Of a stretch of 64,000 nucleotides of DNA, positions 37,196 to 47,175 are shown piece after piece (position 1 is the first letter of the stretch; every line of letters starts with the position of its first letter). This DNA is from Bacteroidia bacterium (GTDB lineage Bacteria; Bacteroidota; Bacteroidia; Bacteroidales; CAJPTX01), in assembly GCA_905373475.1 (NCBI GenBank), contig CAJPTC010000007.1, positions 16,852 to 80,851 on the forward strand. Direction: 5' to 3'. Below the pieces are notes generated by a model. That model searched no databases, had not been told where the DNA came from, and saw only the letters and a program-made list of their open reading frames with translations. The position numbers were made by a program, and so were the translations under genes.

Positions 37196-38089
37196 ATGCT
37201 TCGTTCAATGACGGGTTTTGGTAAGTTTGCTTGCGCCGATGAGCGCTTGATGCTTACTGTCGAGCTCAAGTCGGTCAATAGTAAGATTCTGGATCTGGGT
37301 GCACTACGAGTGCCGACACGCTATCGGATGTATGAAGGCGTGTTACGCAATTTGCTCGCCGAGGGTTTGGAACGCGGCAAAGTTGAGATGCAAGTAACGC
37401 TAACGTGGCAAGAAGGGTACGAACCCGTATTGAGTGGTTTGAACAAGACACAATTTGCGCACTTAGTCTCAACGCTACGTGAGGCTTGCCAAGTTTCGCA
37501 CTTACAATGTTCTGACGATGCTGTTTTTCAAGTTGCGATGCAAACAGAGGGAATATGGCATCAGGAAGAACTACCCGTTTCGGAAGCGGAACTTGAGCTC
37601 CTTAAGGGGGCTGTATTAGGCGCTATTGCCGAAGTGAACACGTTCCGAGAAAAAGAGGCTGAGGCGACGGCAAGAGATTTCTTGCAACAAATTGAAACCA
37701 TTAGAGCCAAGGCGACTCAGATTGATAAGATCAAGGATTTGCGCCCTGAGTTCTTCCGAGCCCGTTTCGACGAGGAGTTGGCAAGATTAAAGGCGCGCGA
37801 GAATATAGAGATAGACGATAGTCGTCTCGCACAAGAGATCTTCTATCATATTCAGCGACTTGACGTCAATGAGGAGCTTAAGCGTCTGGAACAACATTGC
37901 GCCTACTTTGAACAGACGCTCAAGGCAAGTGTTTCTCAGGGTAGAAAACTGAGTTTCATTGCGCAAGAAATGGGACGAGAGATTAACACGCTAGGCTCAA
38001 AATCTTGCGACAAAGAGATGCAGCATCTTGTAGTAGAAATGAAGGATGCGCTTGAGAAAATCAAGGAACAAGTATTGAATATTCTGTAA
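37196..38089 (+). CDS. yicC: YicC/YloC-family protein
   Basis: Start moved to ATG 37196, giving the family-typical N-terminus MLRSMTGFGK. C-terminal REINTLGSKS motif. Confidence 0.88.
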   Translation: MLRSMTGFGKFACADERLMLTVELKSVNSKILDLGALRVPTRYRMYEGVLRNLLAEGLERGKVEMQVTLTWQEGYEPVLSGLNKTQFAHLVSTLREACQVSHLQCSDDAVFQVAMQTEGIWHQEELPVSEAELELLKGAVLGAIAEVNTFREKEAEATARDFLQQIETIRAKATQIDKIKDLRPEFFRARFDEELARLKARENIEIDDSRLAQEIFYHIQRLDVNEELKRLEQHCAYFEQTLKASVSQGRKLSFIAQEMGREINTLGSKSCDKEMQHLVVEMKDALEKIKEQVLNIL

Positions 38090-38092
38090 ACG

Positions 38093-38692
38093 ATGGTCGA
38101 TACGGTCAGTACAACGCTCGGACAAGCGTTGGTCTTTTCTGCGCCCTCGGGGTCTGGCAAAACGACCCTTATAAACTATTTACGCTCGCTCTACCCGAAT
38201 CTTCGTTTTTCGGTGTCGGCTTGTAGTCGTGCGCCACGTACGGGAGAAAAAGACGGAGAGTCCTACTATTTCCTCAGTGCAGCCGAGTTTAGACGGCGCA
38301 TAGAGCGTGGCGATTTCCTTGAATGGGAAGAAGTCTACGAAGGCAATTTTTACGGTACTTTGCGTAGTGAGGTTCAGCGTTTATGGGCGCGGAAGGAAGT
38401 CGTGCTGTTTGATGTAGATGTAAAGGGGGCATTAAACCTCAAACGTGCGTTGGGCGATTTGGCATTGACCATTTTTATAGCTCCCCCATCACGAGAAGCT
38501 TTGCGAGAACGTCTTATGGCTCGTGCTACTGAGACTGAAGAATCGCTAGCGAAACGACTCGAAAGGTACGATTTGGAAATGGCGCAAAAGGAGAATTTTG
38601 ATTACGTAGTTATAAACGACGACCTTGAGAAGGCAAAAAAGGAACTCTCTACGATTGTTGCCAATTTCTTGGCACGCCCTCCGTTTGCATAA
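38093..38692 (+). CDS. gmk: Guanylate kinase
   Basis: 199 aa. P-loop SAPSGSGKTTL. YYFLS...FLEWEEVYEGNFYGT. Confidence 0.93.
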   Translation: MVDTVSTTLGQALVFSAPSGSGKTTLINYLRSLYPNLRFSVSACSRAPRTGEKDGESYYFLSAAEFRRRIERGDFLEWEEVYEGNFYGTLRSEVQRLWARKEVVLFDVDVKGALNLKRALGDLALTIFIAPPSREALRERLMARATETEESLAKRLERYDLEMAQKENFDYVVINDDLEKAKKELSTIVANFLARPPFA

Positions 38693-38704
38693 CCCTCTCT
38701 CATC

Positions 38705-39265
38705 ATGCGAGTCGCTCTTTTCTTTGGTACGTTTGATCCGCTGCATATCGGGCATATTGCCATTGCGGGGCACGTTTTGAATATGGGCGAAATGGATGCT
38801 CTGTGGTTTGTACTCTCGCCGCATAATCCGCATAAAGATGCTTCACAGATTCGTTCATTTGATACGCGTTTAGCAGAACTGCAACAGAGCCTAGCCTATT
38901 ACGCCGATGAGCGTTTGGCTTTGTGCGATGTAGAAAACCACCTCCCCCGTCCCTCCTATACCATCGTTACGCTCGAATATCTGGAAGCTGCGTACCCCAA
39001 CAACCAGTTCTACCTCCTCGTAGGGGGCGATTCGTTGCTCTCGTTTCCCTCTTGGCACAGAGGCGAAGAACTCTTAGCACGTTTCCCTATTTTGGTTTAT
39101 CCGCGGGGTGAAGTGCGAGAAATCCCCAAATCTATCACCTGTCGTGGCAACATTCAAATGCTTGACGCACCATTGTTAAATATCAGTTCCACCTACATTC
39201 GCGAGGGGCAACGAGCTGGTAAAAATATGCGCTTCTTTGAAGCCGCTCGCAGTAGCGAGCGGTAG
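38705..39265 (+). CDS. nadD: Nicotinate-nucleotide adenylyltransferase
   Basis: 186 aa. GTFDPLHIGH (HxGH motif). ISSTYIRE near the C-terminus. Confidence 0.9.
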   Translation: MRVALFFGTFDPLHIGHIAIAGHVLNMGEMDALWFVLSPHNPHKDASQIRSFDTRLAELQQSLAYYADERLALCDVENHLPRPSYTIVTLEYLEAAYPNNQFYLLVGGDSLLSFPSWHRGEELLARFPILVYPRGEVREIPKSITCRGNIQMLDAPLLNISSTYIREGQRAGKNMRFFEAARSSER

Positions 39266-39330
39266 GGCAAAGTAGTTCGCCAAGGACAAAGCGGTAAGAC
39301 GGTTTGTCATTATAGTATAGAGCGCATCAG

Positions 39331-39950
39331 CTACTCCAAGGCAATATGTAGTACTTCCGCTTCGGGTAAAGTAAACGGCTCAGGATAAATCCGTTGTTGA
39401 AATACAAACCCTTGGAGAAGAACATCCCGTTGCGAGATATTTGCATTGAGCAAAGTGGGTCTATTAAATGCCGCGAGATTCTGATTTACGAGCGACGAAT
39501 TGGGACTTTCGGAGATCTCGCCATTTCGGCTATAAATTCCGAAATTTGATCCTGTGTAAGCTTCATTATTCTTTTGTTTTTAGTTTTAACTTTTTCAAAG
39601 TTCTGAATTTTGAAGCTTACACACTTTTTTGGGACAGTATCTTCAATGCTATACTCTGCACCGTCAACGGTTACCTTATAGCGAATTATACTATCCTTGG
39701 TAACGAGTTCTTCCATTCCGTCTTGCAACAATTTATCGAGACGAAAACGAAAAGGCGACTTTGGGATTTTCGCATTTTTAAGATAGGAACGGATATTCAC
39801 CATCTTATACAGGTAGCGCATCAATACCACTACCTTGAGAATGGTGCTTTTCCCACTCGCGTTTTTTCCAACAAATAACGTCAGCGGTTTAAGCTCCTCT
39901 ATCTCTATTTCGCGAATAGGGCCAACCGATTTTATGTAGATAGATTCCCA
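39331..39950 (-). pseudogene. Decayed AAA/ABC-like ATPase (abortive-infection-type P-loop protein) remnant
   Basis: The minus-strand frame reads ...ESIYIKSVGPIREIEIEELKPLTLFVGKNASGKSTILKVV (Walker A). No ATG/GTG/TTG lies between the upstream in-frame stop and the P-loop. The ORF ends after about 150 aa, and a further coding-looking stretch continues in another frame to 39331. Confidence 0.5.
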
Positions 39951-40058
39951 CAGTATTTCTTGTTGTGTTTATAAGTTTGGAATAAAAATTAGTGCGTACT
40001 GCAACGCTACGGAATAAGAGAATTTTCTCACACACTCTCTTGCAAAGACTTCCTCTGG

Positions 40059-42365
40059 TTAGACTTCAAATGAAAGTTTTATGATTTTGTATACTTTGCC
40101 TGTATGGTTCTTGAGCGGGAGATAGAATTCTAAAAGCTGTAACTCCGTACCATTGATATTCTGTTGCATGGAAATTCGTTTGCTTTTTCCCGAACGCACA
40201 TCGCGCCAAAAGTCGTTGTACTTTGCCCTATTCCATCCTACTATTTGGCAACCCTCCGAAAAATGGGAATGCAGTACCTCCTCGCGCGTCACCTGTAGCC
40301 TATCCAGATAGCTCTGACTCGCATCCGTTGCATAGCCATCGAGGTCATATTCCACATAGAATAATGCGGCAGACAGCGCTGTAAACAAACTCTCGTTCTC
40401 CTCTTTCTTTCGGTCGGCTTCCTCCTGCGTAGCTTTTATCTCTTCGAGGTTCTGTCGGAGTTCTTCGTCTTGTGCCTTCAGTTCTTCCGACTGTTCTTGC
40501 GCTTGCGCCAGAAGCTGTTTGGTATTCATACCCACCTGCACAGTAAAGAGGCTAGCGGCTACGTATACCGACAAATTGTTGAGAAACTCAATAACGTGCG
40601 GCGGGAAGATTTTGAACGATGCGAGCTCGAGCACGGCAATGGCTTCTCCCTCATGCAAAAGAGGAACAATCAGTATGCAGTTCGGTCGCGCTTGCCCTAC
40701 GCCTGCCATAATGGCGGAATAGCTCTCGGGAATCTCAGTCAGAAGGATGTGCTTTTTTTCCATCGCACAAGAACCGATGAGCCCCTCGCCCATTCTGAAT
40801 TTTGCGGTAAGGTAACGTTTCTCGCCCCATGCAAAAGAGACCTTCATATTGTACTCCTCTTCTTGCCGACGCTGGTGGCGATCGTCGTCGCGTAGGTATA
40901 GTGCCCCCATCTGCGCATCAACGAAATGCGCAATTTGAAAAAGGAAGTTCTCGCACAACGAATCCAAATGATTGGAATTTTGGCGAAGGAGTTCGCTAAA
41001 GGTTGCCAGCCCGTGGTTAACCCAAGCGCGGTTCTTGTTCTCAATCTCGCGTTTTTCTTCTTCAGCTTTTGCAGCTCGCAGACTATTGCGGACAGCGACT
41101 AACGACTTACCCAGCGTGTCATTCTCGCCCAGTAGAGTGATATCCTGCGACAAATCGCCATTACCTATGCTCTGCGCCAGTCGGTTCATGTGACGCAAGC
41201 CGTTCAGGAGCTTATTCATTGCCACACTCATCCACTCCATTTCATCGGCAGAATGGATCTTGAAGACTTTGTCAGACTCTATATCGCCATGTGCCAAGGT
41301 ATTGAGCATCTGCGTCATCTGTAGAATGGGACGAGTGATAAGCGATGATATTTTAAGAAGCGCTAGCCCTGTGATAATCATGGCAATAAAACCAACAAGA
41401 ATCGATATCTTCAAGCTATTGTCTGCACTGTGCGTTATTACACTTAGCGGTACATAGATCCCCATGGCCCAGTTAGAATGTGTATTTGTGACAGAAATGG
41501 GGGTGATGTATACGTAATAATCCTGTTCCGTACGCGGATCTTGATAGATGAAAGAGGACGTTATCCCCTTTCGGACTTTATCTTCCAGATTTTCGTTATA
41601 TGCTACATTACCAAAGAGCTGTTCCACGCTCTTATTGAGCATAGAGTCTAGCGGATGCGAAGCAATACGCGCCTTGCCCGAAAGGAGAAAAGAGATACTC
41701 CCCTCAAAAGGCTTTATTTCCCGAATAAAATCCTGAATCCAGTTCAGGGTTACATCTAACCCCACCAAGCCTGCAAAGCGAGAATTTTTGCGAATGGGAG
41801 CTGCCACCGTGGTCATCATCCTTCGGTTCTGCGAGTTTTCGCTGGTGGTATCGAGGTACGGATCCCAGAGGTCGGGAGCATTTATGCGCCTAAACTCGGC
41901 ATAAGGGGCGGGGTCACCATTTAATGACAATTCGGTGGTTACACTGCGCAGAATCTTGTTATCATCGTAGTACAAATAGCGCGCTAGTCGTCCATACTCT
42001 TTGGGGTAATTGGGGCGGAATTGCGAATACTCGTAGCTATCCCAAAAGGCAGTAATCTCGCGGTGATTCTTGTAGGAGTTTTGCAACATCTCTAGAAAGA
42101 GGGGTTGCCATTCTGTAGAGTCTAGAGTTGTGAATGAACCAAATGCTTCGGCTAGCGAGGTAGCAATGCCCATATATTCTTCAAAGCGACTCCGCACTTC
42201 AAAAGCCGACTTCTCGGCACTGAGCTTTACTTTAGAGTAGGCTTCGTCTTTCAGGGTTCGCGAAGTGCTATTGACGATATAGCCGATAGAAATAACATAG
42301 ATAACAAGGGCTAGCAAAAGGACAAAAAGGACAATTTTGTTCCGTATGCTAATATAGATGCGCAT
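40059..42365 (-). CDS. Membrane receptor: Cache-like domain, HAMP, GAF, Glu/Gln-rich coil, PAS-like C-terminus; paralogue of 7073..9019
   Basis: Start set to ATG 42365 (MRIYISIRNK followed by a TM helix); the longer ORF would overlap the upstream gene. About 300-aa extracytoplasmic domain. HAMP ITRPILQMTQMLNTLAHGD. GAF GEGLIGSCAMEKK...ILIVPL...AVLELAS. Coil LLAQAQEQSEELKAQDEELRQNLEEIKATQEE. Confidence 0.85.
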   Translation of the reverse strand: MRIYISIRNKIVLFVLLLALVIYVISIGYIVNSTSRTLKDEAYSKVKLSAEKSAFEVRSRFEEYMGIATSLAEAFGSFTTLDSTEWQPLFLEMLQNSYKNHREITAFWDSYEYSQFRPNYPKEYGRLARYLYYDDNKILRSVTTELSLNGDPAPYAEFRRINAPDLWDPYLDTTSENSQNRRMMTTVAAPIRKNSRFAGLVGLDVTLNWIQDFIREIKPFEGSISFLLSGKARIASHPLDSMLNKSVEQLFGNVAYNENLEDKVRKGITSSFIYQDPRTEQDYYVYITPISVTNTHSNWAMGIYVPLSVITHSADNSLKISILVGFIAMIITGLALLKISSLITRPILQMTQMLNTLAHGDIESDKVFKIHSADEMEWMSVAMNKLLNGLRHMNRLAQSIGNGDLSQDITLLGENDTLGKSLVAVRNSLRAAKAEEEKREIENKNRAWVNHGLATFSELLRQNSNHLDSLCENFLFQIAHFVDAQMGALYLRDDDRHQRRQEEEYNMKVSFAWGEKRYLTAKFRMGEGLIGSCAMEKKHILLTEIPESYSAIMAGVGQARPNCILIVPLLHEGEAIAVLELASFKIFPPHVIEFLNNLSVYVAASLFTVQVGMNTKQLLAQAQEQSEELKAQDEELRQNLEEIKATQEEADRKKEENESLFTALSAALFYVEYDLDGYATDASQSYLDRLQVTREEVLHSHFSEGCQIVGWNRAKYNDFWRDVRSGKSKRISMQQNINGTELQLLEFYLPLKNHTGKVYKIIKLSFEV

Positions 42366-42474
42366 GTTGAAACGAGTTATAGAGAAGGACGTGTCGTTAT
42401 AATATATCCGCAATACCGTGGCTAATTGTCCACTACCGTAGCGTGTAGTCTGTTTTTTTGTACTATAGAATGTG

Positions 42475-43521
42475 TCAGGTTGCTGTTTGAGGCTTGCTAC
42501 CAAAAATGGTATCGAGAGAATGAGATACATGCAGGCGTACGGCTACATGATTGTAAATAAAGCGAGCCACTTCACCGTACGAAGCGATAGAGCGTGGCGA
42601 TGGTTTCGGTACATAAAAGCAATTGACAGAAAAGATAACAGAGTCTGCATTAACTGTGAAGAGGTCTTCTTCGTTCAGGTAGCGTTTCCCGATGTAGTAG
42701 GAAAGCCCGGGAATTACGGGTGTAGCAAGTATCAGGCTTTTACCTGTTACATTCATTAGAATTGAAACCGTTGTATACTCGCCGTGGAGCTGCGTTATAA
42801 GGGTTGTCTCGGCATCTATTGCAATATCGTGCGCATCTGCGTAGGGCTTAAAGACGGTACGAAGTTCTGTCGTATTATTTAGGATATCGTTTTTCACTCC
42901 CTCCTCCACTGCACTATTCTCAAGCACTGAGCATTCCGAGATATTGAAACTTGCATTGGGGAACTTGAAGCGTGGCTTACTGAGGTCTGGCTCGAAAGGG
43001 TTTATAATATCATACCACGCTTTATAGTTGTCATACAGAGCACAATGCATTACCACTACGCGTTCTACATAGAATTCGCCTGTTCCGCCGTCCACCACCA
43101 CAGATTCGCGCATTTTGGGCGTACCGCACTCACTGCCAGCAATCCAACCAATTACTGGGTGCTGCCAATTGGGGGTCGTTGCCGAATAGATCGCAAAGCT
43201 CAGATGCACCGAGCTAAAAGCTGGAATGGTGATAATTGAGAAACCATTTGTGAAAGCATCCTTTTCAATGCTCTCAAAGTTGAAAGACTGATACGAGTTG
43301 ATGTGTACACTGCGTACCCACCGCGAGAGGTCATTAACCTGTATGAGGAGCGGTTCTCCCTCCTCGTTGTAGGTTACTTCATTCTGATTCGCTATCCCCC
43401 CGATCCAATTCCCCGTGGGTAGCTGAGACAAGGTCTCGTCGAGCGCCGTAAGTACGAGAACGCGATCGTTACAGATCATCTCGGTAACTTCGCGGATAGA
43501 ATAATAGGCGCGTTGCTCCAT
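42475..43521 (-). CDS. Hypothetical cytoplasmic protein, possibly FIST-like sensor domain
   Basis: 348 aa with no signal peptide. Weak resemblance to FIST proteins: DRVLVLTALDETLSQLPTGNWIGGIANQ near the N-terminus and SYGEVARF near the C-terminus. The CDS is well supported; the function is not. Confidence 0.55.
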   Translation of the reverse strand: MEQRAYYSIREVTEMICNDRVLVLTALDETLSQLPTGNWIGGIANQNEVTYNEEGEPLLIQVNDLSRWVRSVHINSYQSFNFESIEKDAFTNGFSIITIPAFSSVHLSFAIYSATTPNWQHPVIGWIAGSECGTPKMRESVVVDGGTGEFYVERVVVMHCALYDNYKAWYDIINPFEPDLSKPRFKFPNASFNISECSVLENSAVEEGVKNDILNNTTELRTVFKPYADAHDIAIDAETTLITQLHGEYTTVSILMNVTGKSLILATPVIPGLSYYIGKRYLNEEDLFTVNADSVIFSVNCFYVPKPSPRSIASYGEVARFIYNHVAVRLHVSHSLDTIFGSKPQTAT

Positions 43522-43540
43522 CGTTATGCTTTGACTGAAA

Positions 43541-43548
43541 CAAAGATA
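43541..43548 (-). promoter_or_regulatory. Candidate -7 box (TATCTTTG on the minus strand) for the 43521..40059 gene pair
   Basis: Matches TAnnTTTG and ends 20 nt upstream of the ATG at 43521, in a divergent intergenic region. Weak. Confidence 0.3.
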
Positions 43549-43670
43549 GTGCTTTTTCGTAGCAAAAGAACGGCTTCTGTAAGTTGAAAACTAAGGAATT
43601 AGCTCTTCTTTCCTCTCCGAGCAGAGCAACCGATTCGCTCGTCTAGTATCTGTAATGACCGTCTATCCTT

Positions 43671-46340
43671 ATGGTTCTTTCGTCCCCCTTACGTAAAGGG
43701 TTGCGCTATTTTCGCAATCTCGTTATTGTAGTTGTTTTGCTCTGCTGTTTGGTAACGGCATTGTTGCTCCTCTTTGAAAAGAAATGGGGCGAATTTGCCG
43801 TGCAACAGAGCATAGAAATGCTCAACGAAGAACTCAATGTACCAATTACAACCTCGGGCATTGAGTTTACTTTCTTTGCCAATTTCCCACACGCCAGTCT
43901 TCACCTTCGCGATGTCGTGATACCGTCGGCACACGAGAATGTATTCGGTAAGCGCGATACGTTGCTGGTTGCAAAAAGCGTATTCCTCGCACTCAATCCC
44001 TTCGATCTTCTGAATAATAGGGTGCGTGTTAAATCCTTCCGCATTGTACAAGGGTACTTAAGCCTAAAACACGATAAAACGGGCTTGCAGAACTACGATC
44101 TGTTGAAAAAGAAAGAAAACAACGAGGCTGATGGCAAAACTTCGTTCGCCCTTGAAGTGCAGTCGCTCTCGCTGTCGCAAATGGTGGTACAGTTTGACGA
44201 CGCACATGCACTTTTCACAGGCAAACTCGTTGTTCCGACCCTCGACGCCAAGTTCCGTTTTGCCGAGGGCAACTCTAGTTTTGATGTGGAGTCCGACGGT
44301 TTAGTTGAGTATGTGCGCCAAGGCGATTTTATTTTTGCACAAAAACAGCATTTCGAACTCAAGAGTCGGTTCAAAATAGAAGCAGGTTGCCTTGAAACAG
44401 AACGAACCTCCATCGAACTAGATCGCAATCGGTTCGCCATTTCAGGCTATTGGCATCTGAAAAAGAACGATACCCGCCTTAACGTCTCGGGGTCGCACCT
44501 CGATTTGCGCACGTTGCTCGCATTTGCATCGCAGTACAAATGGCAGCTTCCCCCCAACATTGATTTGAAGGGAGCACTCAACGCCGACCTCAGCATGGAG
44601 GGCGACGCGAGCTATGGGGGAAAACTACGCCTGAATATGAAGATATACGGCGAAAAACTAGCGTTACAAATCGCCAACCAGAATTATACCCTCAAGGTCT
44701 TCCAAGGGAGTTTTTCAAACGGTAGAGACGCTTCGCGACGCTCTACAATGTTTGAAATCGCAAAATGCGAGATACAACGAAAGAATTCCACTCTGTCGGC
44801 ACAATTCCGTATCAACAATCTGGAACACCCGTCGGTCTACACAAAATTGGATTTTACACTGCTGGATAACGAAGTCTTACTCCCATTCCTAACCCCCTAC
44901 ATACAGGATTATAAGAGCATACGCGGCAGTGGCGAATTAGTAGCTTCTTTACAAAATCTGGATTCTTTTTCGTTTGAAATGTTGCGTAACCCGAAGTTGA
45001 GATTGGATGTAGATTTTGATGTGAATACCTTCAAAGCCAATCCGCATCAGACGTTCACCGACCTTCGCGGAGCAGCCACTCTTGCTGACGAAGATTTGGT
45101 AAAAGGAGCATTGCGCGGAAAATGGAACGGAACCGACTTTGAATTAGGGCTAAATGTACAACACTTCCTCTCGCTATTCCGCAAAGGCCTTGCACCGCAG
45201 TGGACTGTAAATGCGCGGCTCGCACATTGCGATATACCGATAAGCGGCATCCCAGTCTGGAATCCCGACTCGGAGGCACAAGCAACCAATGATACACTAG
45301 TGCAACGCAGAGATCCATGGGAACTGGTGGGTACGATAAAAGGCGACCTCGAACTCTACAAGAGTCTCTATCGCGGCGCGCTGATAGATTCGGTTCAGGC
45401 TCGTTTTTTTGTGACACAAAACAGAATGCAGTTTGATTTGCAAAAAGCAAAGCTTCTGGGTGGGCGCGTCCATGGCGAGCTCCTATTTCAAGAATCTGCC
45501 GTTTCTCCCCCCCTCTTGCGCGCCGAACTATACACGGAGCGGCTTAATTTACAAGAATTGTTCCTTCGTTATGACGACTTTGGACTAAAGAATTTCGGAC
45601 ACGAAAATATTTCAGGTTTTCTCTCGGGGACAATCTCCTTGCACCTCCCCTTTGAGGGAGGGAAACCATCGCTACCCGATCTACAGATGCACACAAAGGT
45701 GGTAGTACATAACGGCGAACTCAGAGAGATAAAAGGGTTAGAGAAACTCTCAACTTTTATCAAACTCGATGAATTACGTCACATCCGCTTTTCTACGCTA
45801 GAAAACGAGATTTCGGTAATGGAGCAAAAGATCGTAGTGCCGCAGATGAATGTTCAGTCCTCTGCGCTTTCCCTTAAGTTACAAGGCGAGCAGCATTTCG
45901 ATTCTCGTTTCCAGTATCGTTTGCAGCTCTCGCTCTCTGATTTGCTCTTTAATCGTTGGCGCGGGAAGAGTCGCGATCTGGACAATGAAGTATATGAGGA
46001 GGGGGGAAATATGGGTGGTTCGTTGTACCTCCTCATTGAAGGCGATTCCACCGATGTGCGTGTCTCTTTTGATCGGCGTGCACTTGCCGAACGTTATCAG
46101 CAACGTGTACAACGCGAAAAGGAAGAGCTAAAGGCTTTATTCAATGAAGAGTTTAATTGGGAGAATCGCGACTCAGCCCGGAATGCAGAGCAAACGCCCA
46201 CAGTTCCGACCAAGCGCTATACAATTGAGTGGGAGGAGAACGATACCATAAAGAAAGCCGACTCGGTAAAGGCGAAGCCTAAACAGCAGCCCACTAAAAA
46301 GAAAAAGGATGCGCCCGCTGTTACATGGGAAGACGAGTAA
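43671..46340 (+). CDS. AsmA-family outer-membrane biogenesis protein
   Basis: 889 aa. Single N-terminal TM anchor (NLVIVVVLLCCLVTALLLLF), long beta-rich body, basic/acidic low-complexity tail. Typical AsmA-like organisation. Confidence 0.78.
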   Translation: MVLSSPLRKGLRYFRNLVIVVVLLCCLVTALLLLFEKKWGEFAVQQSIEMLNEELNVPITTSGIEFTFFANFPHASLHLRDVVIPSAHENVFGKRDTLLVAKSVFLALNPFDLLNNRVRVKSFRIVQGYLSLKHDKTGLQNYDLLKKKENNEADGKTSFALEVQSLSLSQMVVQFDDAHALFTGKLVVPTLDAKFRFAEGNSSFDVESDGLVEYVRQGDFIFAQKQHFELKSRFKIEAGCLETERTSIELDRNRFAISGYWHLKKNDTRLNVSGSHLDLRTLLAFASQYKWQLPPNIDLKGALNADLSMEGDASYGGKLRLNMKIYGEKLALQIANQNYTLKVFQGSFSNGRDASRRSTMFEIAKCEIQRKNSTLSAQFRINNLEHPSVYTKLDFTLLDNEVLLPFLTPYIQDYKSIRGSGELVASLQNLDSFSFEMLRNPKLRLDVDFDVNTFKANPHQTFTDLRGAATLADEDLVKGALRGKWNGTDFELGLNVQHFLSLFRKGLAPQWTVNARLAHCDIPISGIPVWNPDSEAQATNDTLVQRRDPWELVGTIKGDLELYKSLYRGALIDSVQARFFVTQNRMQFDLQKAKLLGGRVHGELLFQESAVSPPLLRAELYTERLNLQELFLRYDDFGLKNFGHENISGFLSGTISLHLPFEGGKPSLPDLQMHTKVVVHNGELREIKGLEKLSTFIKLDELRHIRFSTLENEISVMEQKIVVPQMNVQSSALSLKLQGEQHFDSRFQYRLQLSLSDLLFNRWRGKSRDLDNEVYEEGGNMGGSLYLLIEGDSTDVRVSFDRRALAERYQQRVQREKEELKALFNEEFNWENRDSARNAEQTPTVPTKRYTIEWEENDTIKKADSVKAKPKQQPTKKKKDAPAVTWEDE

Positions 46341-46469
46341 TCCGCGCGCTATTGCAAGCTCCGCACCATTGAATGCCATGTTGCGATGTGTTTTCTATGG
46401 ATATTAAGCTCTGTAGAGAACAAATAGCAACGCCCAAACGTTACTCTAGTGTACTTAAATTTTTAACCG

Positions 46470-46946
46470 ATGAGTGTTTTAGATTATACAAAACTCGATG
46501 CAGCTCGCAGCGCTAAGACCATCGAGGCTTTAAGCCAACTACTGGCAGACATGCAAGTGTTCTACACCAACCTTCGTGGTTTCCATTGGAATGTCAAGGG
46601 GCATTTGTTCTATCAGTTGCACGCTTATTTTGAAGAAGCATACAATTCGTATGCAACGCACATTGATGATATTGCTGAGCGTATATTACAACTCGGCGGG
46701 CAGCCAGATCCTCACTTTTCAACCTATCTGAAAGTGGCTAAAGTGAAGGAGCAGTGTCCGAAGTGCGTTGACGAATTCGGTATGGCAAAGAATGTGTTAG
46801 AGACGTATGGTCTTTTGGTTCAAGAAGAGCGTGCTATCCTCGAAAGATTAGATGCTGGCGATGCGGCCACGAATGATTTGCTAACCGCCATAATTCGGGA
46901 ACAAGAGAAAGCGATCTGGATGCTGAATGCAATGCTCCAGAAGTAG
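46470..46946 (+). CDS. dps: Dps-family DNA-protection/ferritin-like protein
   Basis: 158 aa. LSQLLADMQVFYTNLRGFHWNVKG, plus ferroxidase-type H/D/E residues (HAYFEE...DDIAERI). Confidence 0.92.
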   Translation: MSVLDYTKLDAARSAKTIEALSQLLADMQVFYTNLRGFHWNVKGHLFYQLHAYFEEAYNSYATHIDDIAERILQLGGQPDPHFSTYLKVAKVKEQCPKCVDEFGMAKNVLETYGLLVQEERAILERLDAGDAATNDLLTAIIREQEKAIWMLNAMLQK

Positions 46947-46975
46947 GTTCTTTTCATTGTGGAACTTTTTGTTGG

Positions 46976-47004
46976 GAGGCTGCCTAATCGGGTAGCCTCT
47001 TTTT
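46976..47004 (+). terminator. Terminator after dps
   Basis: Stem GAGGCTGCC / GGTAGCCTC (one G-U pair), 6-nt loop, then TTTTT. Confidence 0.6.
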
Positions 47005-47121
47005 GTATGCTCGCTTCCTAGGCTGCATAGATGCCTCATCGTTGGTTGAAAGCTCCTCATAAGAAGTGGTGATTTTCCAGAAATGGGATGACCAAATGTG
47101 TTGTGCAAGCGTGAAATACAC

Positions 47122-47129
47122 TAGTTTTG
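47122..47129 (+). promoter_or_regulatory. Candidate -7 box TAGTTTTG upstream of the first T9SS cargo gene
   Basis: Matches TAnnTTTG, 47 nt upstream of the ATG at 47176. Weak. Confidence 0.3.
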
Positions 47130-47175
47130 CGACTCTCAATGATTATGTGGAACAAGTTTAAACTGTAATAATAAG

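Noticed and set aside
39468-39878. 136-aa plus-strand ORF.
   Set aside because: It is antisense to the P-loop ATPase remnant, has a Phe/Asn/Ile-rich low-complexity composition and no motifs.
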